Positions 10,501 through 18,520 of a stretch of DNA of 64,000 bases are shown here, piece after piece. The notes under the pieces are model-generated. The model did no database searches, was not told the DNA's origin, and was given only the letters and a program-made list of their open reading frames with translations. The translations under genes were made by a program, and so were the position numbers. The stretch is from Minisyncoccia bacterium (GTDB taxonomy: Bacteria; Patescibacteriota; Minisyncoccia; Phycocordibacterales; GWA1-40-21), in NCBI GenBank assembly GCA_049695975.1, contig JBAVTE010000009.1:4459-68458 (forward strand). The letters are read 5' to 3'. How positions within the stretch are numbered: position 1 is the stretch's first letter; every line of letters begins with the position of its first letter.

Positions 10501-10746
10501 GGCGGAAAACCCATAGGCGGAATCATAGAAGAAGTGAGAGAAATAATGACAAAAAATAACGACCCAATGGCTTTTATAAAAATAGCTGATTTCACTGGTT
10601 CAATAGAGGCAGTAGTTTTTCCTAAAACATATCTTCAATACAAAAACGCAATAATAGTAGATAAATGTATCGCGTCTGTTTGTAAAATATCAGAAAGAAA
10701 TGGAGAAGTAAGTTTAATTATAGAAAGATTAAAAGTTTTGGAATAA
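7483..10746 (+). CDS. dnaE: DNA polymerase III alpha subunit
   Basis: N-terminal PHP domain FIHLHTHSHYSLLNALPKI...ALTDAGNMYG; polymerase core and OB-fold region; likely start at M8 (nt 7504, MSKFIHLHTHS). Confidence 0.9.
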   Translation: MITNTIIMSKFIHLHTHSHYSLLNALPKIPELIKQAKKFEMSALALTDAGNMYGAIEFYQSCKKNDVKPIIGVDFYVANRGRFDKQGGIDNRRTRLVLIAKNNNGYKNLIKLVTDSYFEGFYYKPRIDKELIEKYKDDLICIMPHFSGETSFALKNSDTEKAKNLVDWYKKIYGDNFFLEITHHPEIEGQIELKEKIKKLAKDSGANLVAGQDVYYLNPEDKQARDTLVQVNSHSDFGDREQKEGVDNFSFISSEKAIEYFKDEPEALENTEKIAEMCNVEIVLGKDAWVFPKFIVESGLSNDEELKRIAYEGIEKRGLTRSKEVVDRLEYELEVIKNKGYPQYFLVVHDLLKYADEHGIFTNIRGSVAGSLVTYLTKITKVDPLLYKLPFERFLNPERPSAPDIDMDFADNRRDEVIDYVRSKYGKDNVAQIGTFGTMMARGSVRDVARAMGFPLPLADKIAKLIPLGAQGFPMTIDKALVDVPELKKIYDEDKDAKTIIDMAKKIEGCARHISVHAAGVVIAPSSLLNYVPLQYDPKGEGKIITQYDMHAVGEDGVGLLKFDFLGIKNLSILADAVDRVKKIENIDLDIEAIPLDDSKTFEMLARGETIGLFQLNGSGLTKFLKDLKPTTIHDINAMVALYRPGPLESIPQYIERKHNPALIKYLDPRLKDILDQSYGVITYQDDVMLTAIKLAGYSWLEADKLRKAMGKKIPAEMQAQKDKLLKGFIANGLSEKKADTLWKLIEPFAAYGFNKAHAASYGRVAYQTSYMKANFPAIYMSAVLTADSGDVEKIGEFIAECKKMGIPVLPPSVNESFSAFTVVKTHGASPHSTGPDRDKIRFGLTTIKNFGEGISKIIVHDRKAKGKFKSLSDFLERIIDRNMNKKSLEALIKTGALDEFGERGQMLANIENLLKYNKEVSQKDQNQDSLFGVFDGSTGEIAKEAFILEPAPEATMKDKLLWEKDLLGLYVSGHPLDKYKTILDKQQINIKKIKEETESVKKIINGGKPIGGIIEEVREIMTKNNDPMAFIKIADFTGSIEAVVFPKTYLQYKNAIIVDKCIASVCKISERNGEVSLIIERLKVLE

Positions 10747-10753
10747 AATATTC

Positions 10754-10793
10754 AAAAAAAAGACCGTTAGTCGCAAATATGCAACTAACGGTC
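10754..10793 (-). terminator. Rho-independent terminator after the FG-GAP/PKD surface-protein gene
   Basis: 9-bp stem GACCGTTAG/CTAACGGTC followed on the minus strand by T8. Confidence 0.6.
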
Positions 10794-10807
10794 CTTGAGA
10801 ATACAGT

Positions 10808-11815
10808 TCACTGATGTCCATAAATGGACAATGTACCAGGAACCGCAACGTCGTTCGTAACACTGTAATAATAGCTCGTAGTCATGGTCCATTCTTGCGA
10901 CCATGAGTAACCACCATCTGTTGATATTGATATCTCAAACGATCCATTGAAATCCCAACTTTTTTGTTGGCCTAAACCAATGGACTTTTGTACATCATTT
11001 ACCACACACACCAACACATACGAAGAATTATTTGTAACAACAACCTCCGTAGGAAGGGCAACAACTGTAGTACTACAGGAGGCACTAATCGTCTGGCTAC
11101 CCGAAGTCACTGTGACGGTCGCAGTCTTCTGACCAGAACTTGAATAGGTTTTGGAAACATTTGGAGAGTTTCCAATCAAACCATCTGTCCCTGACCAAGA
11201 GTACGTATAACTACCCAATCCACCAGAAGCTGAAACGCTCCAAGTAATCGGTTCCCCCACATTTGCAGTCGCCGGTGTTACCGAACAAGCAATAGTAAGC
11301 GGAGGAGGATTTGTGGTCGTACCCTCGTTTGTGAGATACAGATACCACATTCCGAGAGATTCGTTATAAACCGCGATATCTGTTTTTCCATCACCATCAT
11401 AGTCTGCCATGATAGGCTCATATCCAGGACCTCCGAATCCTCCCGAAATAAGAGAATAATTATTCCCAGACAATAATATCTGCCATTCTCCTGTTGTCTG
11501 ATTATAGATAATGGGATCTGTTTTCCCATCGTTATCAAAATCTCCAGACACAGGTTGGAATCCTAAACCTCCAAAGGTTAATTCTTTCATTTGATAACCG
11601 TCTGAAGACGTGAGGACTCTCCACGATCCTGTTTGTCTATTGTAGACCGCGATGTCTGTTTTTCCATCACCATCATAGTCACCTAAAACGGACTGGAGTC
11701 CCGAACCTCCAAACTGCCCTTGCAGGATGACAGGTGCTGAACCCACCGTGGTGACACCAATCGTGGCGACAAATATGACCAACAAAAACCCGAACACTAA
11801 ACTATTTAGTTTCAT
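10808..11815 (-). CDS. secreted surface protein: signal peptide, 3-4 FG-GAP/VCBS-like repeats (DYDGDGKTDIAVYN), one PKD-like domain, C-terminal domain of unknown function
   Basis: Start taken at ATG 11815 (MKLNSLVFGFLLVIFVA signal peptide; ORF-track start 11857 is TTG); repeats DYDGDGKTDIAVYN / DFDNDGKTDPIIYN / DYDGDGKTDIAVYN; PKD-like SVTPATANVGEPITWSVSASGGLGSYTYSWSGTDG paralogous to the repeats in 44215..45621. Confidence 0.6.
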   Translation of the reverse strand: MKLNSLVFGFLLVIFVATIGVTTVGSAPVILQGQFGGSGLQSVLGDYDGDGKTDIAVYNRQTGSWRVLTSSDGYQMKELTFGGLGFQPVSGDFDNDGKTDPIIYNQTTGEWQILLSGNNYSLISGGFGGPGYEPIMADYDGDGKTDIAVYNESLGMWYLYLTNEGTTTNPPPLTIACSVTPATANVGEPITWSVSASGGLGSYTYSWSGTDGLIGNSPNVSKTYSSSGQKTATVTVTSGSQTISASCSTTVVALPTEVVVTNNSSYVLVCVVNDVQKSIGLGQQKSWDFNGSFEISISTDGGYSWSQEWTMTTSYYYSVTNDVAVPGTLSIYGHQ

Positions 11816-11924
11816 TTTCTTTCCCTTTCTTTTTGAAACAACGTGTGATTTCCCCAAACAGATGTTAGAACTTCTCCTTTCCTATTTTAAAGTTAAAGAA
11901 CAATTTATGTCTATACTAACAAAT

Positions 11925-12135
11925 AATTAAATACTTGTCAAGTGGCTGGACCAGTACGACACATTTGACATATTAAACTCAATTGACTATCATAAATGTA
12001 CAGAAATTGTGTGGCAACCAACCACAAAAAATACGATTTCTTTATCAAAGAGTTGAAAGTCGGGTGGAACCGCGATAATATTGAGTCGCCCCGACAAAAA
12101 ACGAAAATTCGTTTTTTGTCGGGGCGATTTTTGTT
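11925..12135 (+). promoter_or_regulatory. T-box riboswitch leader (tRNA-sensing attenuator) upstream of thrS
   Basis: Conserved T-box sequence AAAGTCGGGTGGAACCGCG at ~12057-12075; immediately followed by a ~20-bp perfect terminator stem GTCGCCCCGACAAAAAACGAA/TTCGTTTTTTGTCGGGGCGA plus T-run (12083-12131); ACC (Thr) triplets in the upstream stem region; 5' boundary is approximate. Confidence 0.5.
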
Positions 12136-12162
12136 CCAATTATTAGACTAAATATTAAAAAA

Positions 12163-13902
12163 ATGGAAAATGAAAAATTGATGAAAATAAGGCACTCACT
12201 CGCCCACTTACTCGGAGGAGCTGTAAAAGAAATCTGGCCAGACGCGAAAATCGCCACAGGACCCGCAATAGATAATGGCTTTTACTATGACTTTGATTTT
12301 GCAACTCCAATCGTAGAAAAAGACCTTGGAAAAATTGAACAGAAAATGCGTGAACTAACAAAGAAAGTAAAATCTTTTGATAAAGCTGAAATTTCAGACA
12401 CAGAAGCAAAAAAACTTTTCGCGGGAAATCCTTACAAACTGGAACTTATAGACGAATACACAAAAGACAGTCAAACACTTACAACATATACTTCTGGAGA
12501 CTTTACAGATCTTTGTGCTGGGCCTCATGTGGAAAGTATGAATGAAATAAAAAATAGCGCTTTTAAACTTGAAAGAATTGCTGGAGCGTATTGGAAAGGT
12601 GACGAAAAAAACAAAATGCTTACAAGAATTTATGGTTTAGCTTTTTCTTCAAAAGAAGAACTCTCTGCATACGAAACACAACAAGAAGAAGCTAGAAAAA
12701 GAGATCACAGAAAACTCGGAAAAGAATTAAAATTATTTACAATTTCCGACCTCGTAGGTGCAGGACTCCCTCTCATGCAACCAAAAGGAATGATAATTAG
12801 AAAAGAGATAGAAGATTATCTATGGGATTTACACAAAGGTAAGGGTTATGACCGAGTTTGGACTCCACATATCACAAAGAAGGGATTGTATGAGACCTCT
12901 GGCCACGCTGCTAAGTTTGGTGAAGAACTTTTTAGAGTAAAAGGTGGGGATGAAGAATTCTTTATGAAGCCCATGAACTGTCCACATCATATGCAAATAT
13001 TCTGTGATAATAAATTTTCATATAGAGATATGCCCGTCCGATATTTCGAACCAGCGACTGTTTATAGATATGAAAAAGCCGGACAACTGTCAGGACTTAC
13101 GAGAGTCAGATCTATTACTCAAGATGATGGACATTTGTTTTGCAGAGTATCCCAAATATCCGACGAAGTCAGTACAATAGTTGAAATTATAAAAGAGTTT
13201 TATACGACAATGAATATGATGAATGGATATTGGGTGAGGTTTTCAGTTCGCGGAGATGACAAAAGTAAATATCTTGGAACTGATGATGTTTGGAACAAAG
13301 CAGAGGAAGCTTTGGAAAAAGCAGCCAAAGAAAACGGATTAAATTACAAAAGAATAGAAGGTGAGGCAGCATTTTACGGACCCAAACTAGATTTTATGTT
13401 CAAAGACGCTATCGGTAGAGAGTGGCAACTTGCTACCATACAATGTGATTTCAACTTACCAGAAAGATTTGACCTTTCTTTTGTGAATGAAAAAGGAGAA
13501 AAAGAAAGACCTGTAGTAATACACAGGGCAATATCCGGATCTCTGGAAAGATTTATGGGAGTTATGATAGAACACTACGCTGGCAACTTCCCTCTCTGGC
13601 TTTCACCAATGCAAATTAAAGTAATCCCCGTTAGAGAAAACCATAACGAAGAAGCAAAAAAGATTTCAGATGAATTAAAAAAAGGAGGATTTAGAGTAGA
13701 CTTTGATGACAGTGATGGGAATATGGGGAAAAAAGTTAGAGATGCAAAAAATAACAGAGTTCCTTATACAGTCATCATCGGTGATAAAGATATCTCCGCA
13801 AAAGTTATTACTGTAGAAAATAGAGATAGGGGAAGTCTTGGACAAATGACTTTAGAAAAATTTGTGGAAATGATGATTAAAGAAAAAGAAGAGAAAAAAT
13901 AA
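12163..13902 (+). CDS. thrS: threonyl-tRNA synthetase (lacks N-terminal TGS domain)
   Basis: Class II core with ThrRS zinc-site motif FMKPMNCPHHMQIF; anticodon-binding C-terminal domain; N-terminus starts in the second additional domain. Confidence 0.9.
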   Translation: MENEKLMKIRHSLAHLLGGAVKEIWPDAKIATGPAIDNGFYYDFDFATPIVEKDLGKIEQKMRELTKKVKSFDKAEISDTEAKKLFAGNPYKLELIDEYTKDSQTLTTYTSGDFTDLCAGPHVESMNEIKNSAFKLERIAGAYWKGDEKNKMLTRIYGLAFSSKEELSAYETQQEEARKRDHRKLGKELKLFTISDLVGAGLPLMQPKGMIIRKEIEDYLWDLHKGKGYDRVWTPHITKKGLYETSGHAAKFGEELFRVKGGDEEFFMKPMNCPHHMQIFCDNKFSYRDMPVRYFEPATVYRYEKAGQLSGLTRVRSITQDDGHLFCRVSQISDEVSTIVEIIKEFYTTMNMMNGYWVRFSVRGDDKSKYLGTDDVWNKAEEALEKAAKENGLNYKRIEGEAAFYGPKLDFMFKDAIGREWQLATIQCDFNLPERFDLSFVNEKGEKERPVVIHRAISGSLERFMGVMIEHYAGNFPLWLSPMQIKVIPVRENHNEEAKKISDELKKGGFRVDFDDSDGNMGKKVRDAKNNRVPYTVIIGDKDISAKVITVENRDRGSLGQMTLEKFVEMMIKEKEEKK

Positions 13903-13938
13903 AACCCCTTTCGGAGGCTTAATTTTGTAGATAGATCT

Positions 13939-14139
13939 TTAGATTCTACCTACATGAAAATGATTTGGCATTAGGCAATATGATAGGATACGCATATCTA
14001 TTAAATCCCGAGCTTCCTTTATTAGAGATTCAAAGTGCCGATATGATGCATTATTTTTAAAAAGACAAACACGTCCATTTGTACGATTAATGACATGATA
14101 GACAATATTTCCAACAGATACACGATTAATTCTAGGCAT
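13939..14139 (-). mobile_element. truncated IS200/IS605-family (Y1 HUH, RAYT-like) transposase; N-terminal 66-aa remnant (pseudogene)
   Basis: YHVINRTNGRVCLF ... SYCLMPNHFHV matches the YHVxxRxNxRxxIF and AYCLMPNHxH (HUH) motifs of IS200-like/REP-associated tyrosine transposases; stop follows immediately after the HUH motif and the catalytic Tyr region is missing. Confidence 0.55.
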
Positions 14140-14235
14140 GCAAAATGTTATAACACATATTTAAAGGATAAATTGGACTTATCCCCATTATCATTATCTA
14201 CATTATCCCAGAGCTTCTTCTCCGGAGCCTAAAAA

Positions 14236-14262
14236 TCAAAAAGACCCCGAATAGGGTCTAAT
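14236..14262 (-). terminator. terminator hairpin directly downstream of tRNA-Asn
   Basis: On the minus strand AGACCC-loop-GGGTCT followed by TTTTT, beginning 10 nt after the tRNA 3' end. Confidence 0.5.
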
Positions 14263-14270
14263 GATTTTTA

Positions 14271-14344
14271 GGCTCCGGAGGTAGGGATCGAACCTACGAC
14301 CAATCGCTTAACAGGCGATCGCTCTACCGCTGAGCTACTCCGGA
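14271..14344 (-). tRNA. tRNA-Asn (anticodon GTT)
   Basis: Hand-folded cloverleaf: acceptor TCCGGAG/CTCCGGA, D-arm GCTC-AGCGGTA-GAGC, anticodon arm ATCGC-CTGTTAA-GCGAT (anticodon GTT), T-arm GTAGG-TTCGATC-CCTAC, discriminator G then CC. Confidence 0.85.
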
Positions 14345-14568
14345 ATACAATCTATCAATTCAAGAGTAGCTCGCGGAACCGCTGGTCACAAATATTTTTC
14401 TGCTGAAAAAATTCGCGACCCCAACTCGCACCGACATGCTCCGTCTTTGAAATGCTTCGATTACTCGCATTTCAACTACTCTGGAATCTTTTTGTTGAAT
14501 AAAATCCAACATTAAGATACTAACAAAAAATGATGGAAAAGTGAAGAGCTATATAGTATAATTTATGT

Positions 14569-14847
14569 ATGGGATTCTTTTTTCCAGATTCAAAAAATAA
14601 AATATCAAAAAGCGAGTTTAAAGAACTTCGGGGACATCTTTCCGGAAATGATTTTTCGCATGATGAAATAGATAAAATTGAAAGTATTTTTAATGCTGAT
14701 CTAAATGAAGAAAGAGAAAATGACTCTGGAATAGATGAATGGGAAATGAAAAGAAGTCTGGAATGGATGAGGAGCCATTTGGACGAGCATCATATCTCCG
14801 AAAAAAAGATAGAAATACTAGAAAGAAAAATGAAGGAATTTTTATAG
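14569..14847 (+). CDS. hypothetical small acidic protein
   Basis: 92-aa ORF in an otherwise non-coding gap; no motif; coding status uncertain. Confidence 0.3.
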   Translation: MGFFFPDSKNKISKSEFKELRGHLSGNDFSHDEIDKIESIFNADLNEERENDSGIDEWEMKRSLEWMRSHLDEHHISEKKIEILERKMKEFL

Positions 14848-14852
14848 AAAAA

Positions 14853-16037
14853 TTAAAAGCCTAAAACTCTAATTGTATCTCTTGTTATTTGTTCCATTTC
14901 ATCCGTTTTTAAAACCAATACAGAAACCTTAGAATCTATCGCTGAGATGTCTACATCTACTCCCTCGCTTTTATTATTTATTTCAATATTGATCTTAATT
15001 CCTAGGATTTCTAAATCTCTGCAAATCTTTTCCCTCATAACAAAAGATCTCTCCCCCACCGTTGCTGTAAAGACTATAGCATCAAGTCCTCCAAGTGCCA
15101 CAAAATACGAGCCGATACATTTTTGCAATCTATAAACATACATATCAAGTGCAAGCTTTGCTCGCAGGTCACTTTCTTTTTCAAGCCTAATCAAGTCTCT
15201 TACATCAGAACTTTTTCCACTCACCCCAAGAAGTCCACACTTTTTATTTAAATAATCCTTTAACTTTTTTCCTTTTATTCCCAATTTGTCCGAAACAAAT
15301 GCTACAGTTCCCGGGTCAATATCCCCCCCTCTTGTCGCCATCATTACACCTTCAAGAGGCGTAAAACCCATTGAGTTTTCAATACTTCTGCCGTTTTTTA
15401 TTGCAGTTACACTCACTCCGCTTCCTATGTGACATACGATTAATTTTGAAGGGATAGTCCTATTTTCTGTTTTCAATTTATTTAATATTGATTCTATAGA
15501 AATGCCATGATAACCATATTTTTTTATATGATATTTTTGTGTATCCTCAAAAGGCAAACCATAATAACTCGCTCTATCGGGAAGTGTGTTATGAAAATCA
15601 CTATCGGATACACCGACAATTGGAACATTTTTGAAAATTTTATTTAACCGCAAAATTTCATCATAAGTTGGCAAAAGATGAAGAGGTGCATCATCTAGAA
15701 TATTTTTTATTTCTTTTATATATTTTTTATCAATAATCTTATCATCCTGAAAATATTCTCCAGGTGCAACAATTCTTATCCCGATTCCCGATATCTCTTC
15801 TCTGCCGGAAATAATTCCAACTGTTTTAAAAAGAGATAATGCGTAATTTAATGAATCTTCAAATTCTTTTTCTGTAATACATTTGGTGTCTTTTTTATTA
15901 TCAATATAGAGAGTCCTCACATAATTACACCCTCTCTCTGGCTTTTCCAAATGCAAAAAAGCCAAACTTTTTTCTTTTGTATAAATGGCGTATTTTTCCG
16001 ACGCACTACCTCTATTTACAATTAAATATTTTTTCAT
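14853..16037 (-). CDS. ackA: acetate kinase
   Basis: N-terminal LIVNRGSASEKYAIY (acetate/propionate kinase signature 1); VCHIGSGVSVTAIKNGRSIENSMGFTPLEGVMMATRGGDIDPG (signature 2). Confidence 0.9.
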   Translation of the reverse strand: MKKYLIVNRGSASEKYAIYTKEKSLAFLHLEKPERGCNYVRTLYIDNKKDTKCITEKEFEDSLNYALSLFKTVGIISGREEISGIGIRIVAPGEYFQDDKIIDKKYIKEIKNILDDAPLHLLPTYDEILRLNKIFKNVPIVGVSDSDFHNTLPDRASYYGLPFEDTQKYHIKKYGYHGISIESILNKLKTENRTIPSKLIVCHIGSGVSVTAIKNGRSIENSMGFTPLEGVMMATRGGDIDPGTVAFVSDKLGIKGKKLKDYLNKKCGLLGVSGKSSDVRDLIRLEKESDLRAKLALDMYVYRLQKCIGSYFVALGGLDAIVFTATVGERSFVMREKICRDLEILGIKINIEINNKSEGVDVDISAIDSKVSVLVLKTDEMEQITRDTIRVLGF

Positions 16038-16044
16038 TAATAAG

Positions 16045-18501
16045 CTATTTTTTAAATGAAATAAATTTCCAATTTAAAATCTCTTCCGGATCATCACCGA
16101 CGCGCATAATATAGTCTTTGTGATCCTTTATTTTATTCTGATAAATCAAAACAAGTCTGTTGGCTTTTTCTTCATCAATCACTCCGTTCTTCGCTACTTT
16201 TTCTATTGCCTCAATAAACAGATTATAACGATCGGTTTTGTTCCTAATATGTAAGTCGAGAGGTGTAGTGGTAGATCCGCTTTCCATGTAACCATGAACA
16301 GAGATTCTACCTAAAGCATTTACAAAACGAAAGAGGGTTTGCTCCAAAGTGTCTGGGTAACCATGAAAATTAAAAATCACTGGTTTATCCTTGGTAAAAT
16401 ATCTTTCAAAATCAATCTCGGAAATTTTATCATCGTGACCAACAGTGTTCGGTGAAAGTTCTACAACATTTACAAAACGTACTTTGACTTCTGGTGCTTC
16501 TTTTTTCAGAAGGTCGATCGCTGCGAGAGCTTCTTTGACCAAATACTGACCACAACCACCGAAGACTATGTCTGGGTTTTCATCACTTGCAAAGTCCCAA
16601 ATAGAAATACCATCTTCTACTTCCCTTTTGGCTTCTTCAAAAGACAGCCAAATAGGTTCAAGGGTTTTCTCAACTATCATTACGTTGATTTCATTTTTTG
16701 AAGCAAGACATTTTTCGGTGATGAGAACAGCTTCGTTTGCATCTGCGGGAAAATAAATATTAATAAAATCGTGATTTTTATTTAGAAGTTCATCCATGAA
16801 GCTTGGGTTCTGATGAGAAAAACCATTGTGCTCCTGACGCCAGCCAGTAGAAGTCAAAATATAATTAAAAGACGGTACATCTCCACGCCACTCTGTCTTT
16901 CGTGCAATCTTCAAAAACTTGCTATACTGATCTGCCATACTAGACACAATAGGAATAAAAGCTTCATAAGATGCAAAAATAGAAAATCGTCCTGTCAAAA
17001 CATATCCTTGGGCCAAACCTTGAAGAGAGTTTTCAGATAACATTTCTATGATTCGTCCATCTCGTGACATATCTTTATCCCATTCTTCAAGCTTACCTGC
17101 AAAAGCTCTTTTGGTTTCTTTGAACATATCTTGCAAACGGTTTGAGTAAGTTTCGTCCGGAGAAAAAAGTCGGAAATTTCTTTGCTCTTTATTTAATTTT
17201 ACAACTTCAGCTAGATACTCGCCATTTTTTGCCATAGCTCCTACTGAGACAGTACCGGCATTTTCTATTTTTGTTTCAAAATTAGCATTATCAGGCAAAA
17301 TCAAATCTCGATTATGATCACCCTTCTTGATACCAAAAGCAATTTGATTGTCACCCATTCGCAAACCTTCTTTTGGCACATTATCTAAAATATCTTTTGC
17401 AAAACCATTTTGTGAATCAAAAAGTTCCTCAAACTTATATGAATGTAACCATTTCTCTACTAATTTTAATTGATACTTGTCTGTTTTGGTCTCCTTGCCT
17501 ACAACTTGATGTGAAAGACAATTTCCTTCGATTTTATCTCCACTCCCCTCAATTTTATAACCTTTTAGATATTTGATACCAGTCCAGCCCTTTGGCGTCT
17601 TCATAATAATCATCGGGAATCTAAAATAATCTTCGAGCTTTCTTTCTGGATTTTCTCTCGCTTCTTTTTGAATAGCTCTGATTCTAGCATAAGCTTCATC
17701 AAGGGCTTTGACCATTTTCTCATAGACTTTATCGTTGTGTCCTTCTACGATTATGGGTTCATAACCATAACCCTTAAATAAAGATTTTAAATCAGAGTTA
17801 CTCATTCGGCCAAAAATTGTAGGACCGGAAATTTTGTAACCATTTAAATGTAAAATCGGTAAAACTGCACCGTTTTTTACGGGATCAATAAATTTGGACA
17901 AATGCCATGATGTAGCGAGTGCGGCGGTCTCGGCTTCCCCATCGCCAACAAGACATGTAACGATCAAATCTGGATTATCTAGCACTGCACCATAAGAAGT
18001 AGAAAGTGAATATCCGAGTTCTCCGCCCTCAAGAATCACGCCCGGGGTCATGGGGCTTGAGTGACTAGGAAAACCATATGGCCAGCTGAAATTTTTGGTA
18101 ATATATGAAATACCATCTTCATTTAACTTTGCATCTATATAATATTTACCAAGAGTCCCCTCGAGAAAAACATTGGATTGAATAGCAGGAAAACCATGTC
18201 CAGGACCAAGGACAAACATCATATTTGCTTCTGTTTTTATAATTAAATTGTTTAGACACGCATAAACAAAATTTATTCCAGGACAAGTTCCCCAATGGCC
18301 GAGTAGACGAGACTTTATATCATCAAAAACGAGTTTGTCTTTCAATAAAAAATTATTTTGTAAATAAATTTGACCTACTGATAAATAATTGGCTGCACGA
18401 ACATATTTTTTTATTCTTTCAATTTCTTTTTGCATGCCTGCCATTATATCAAAGATTAAGAAAAAAATGAAAAGCCAACTACAATACCTTTTATTTTTCA
18501 A
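16045..18501 (-). CDS. xfp: xylulose-5-phosphate/fructose-6-phosphate phosphoketolase
   Basis: GHWGTCPGINFVYACLN and EGGELGYSLSTSYGAVLDNPDLIVTCLVGDGEAET phosphoketolase/TPP signatures; ORF-track start is TTG, the likely start is the ATG ~57 nt downstream (MAGMQKEIERIKKYVRAANYLSVGQIYL). Confidence 0.9.
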   Translation of the reverse strand: MKNKRYCSWLFIFFLIFDIMAGMQKEIERIKKYVRAANYLSVGQIYLQNNFLLKDKLVFDDIKSRLLGHWGTCPGINFVYACLNNLIIKTEANMMFVLGPGHGFPAIQSNVFLEGTLGKYYIDAKLNEDGISYITKNFSWPYGFPSHSSPMTPGVILEGGELGYSLSTSYGAVLDNPDLIVTCLVGDGEAETAALATSWHLSKFIDPVKNGAVLPILHLNGYKISGPTIFGRMSNSDLKSLFKGYGYEPIIVEGHNDKVYEKMVKALDEAYARIRAIQKEARENPERKLEDYFRFPMIIMKTPKGWTGIKYLKGYKIEGSGDKIEGNCLSHQVVGKETKTDKYQLKLVEKWLHSYKFEELFDSQNGFAKDILDNVPKEGLRMGDNQIAFGIKKGDHNRDLILPDNANFETKIENAGTVSVGAMAKNGEYLAEVVKLNKEQRNFRLFSPDETYSNRLQDMFKETKRAFAGKLEEWDKDMSRDGRIIEMLSENSLQGLAQGYVLTGRFSIFASYEAFIPIVSSMADQYSKFLKIARKTEWRGDVPSFNYILTSTGWRQEHNGFSHQNPSFMDELLNKNHDFINIYFPADANEAVLITEKCLASKNEINVMIVEKTLEPIWLSFEEAKREVEDGISIWDFASDENPDIVFGGCGQYLVKEALAAIDLLKKEAPEVKVRFVNVVELSPNTVGHDDKISEIDFERYFTKDKPVIFNFHGYPDTLEQTLFRFVNALGRISVHGYMESGSTTTPLDLHIRNKTDRYNLFIEAIEKVAKNGVIDEEKANRLVLIYQNKIKDHKDYIMRVGDDPEEILNWKFISFKK

Positions 18502-18520
18502 AAGTGTTATTATATTAGAT

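Noticed and set aside
13903-13938. Possible thrS terminator hairpin (CCCCTTTCGGAGG)
   Set aside because: Only 2-3 bp can pair and the T-run is short; not convincing enough to list as a terminator.
18389-18520. TTG-initiated N-terminal extension of the repeat protein, overlapping the xfp start by ~110 nt on the opposite strand
   Set aside because: Requires a non-ATG start and a long antisense overlap with the phosphoketolase N-terminus; the ATG at 18521 gives a compact gene with normal spacing.
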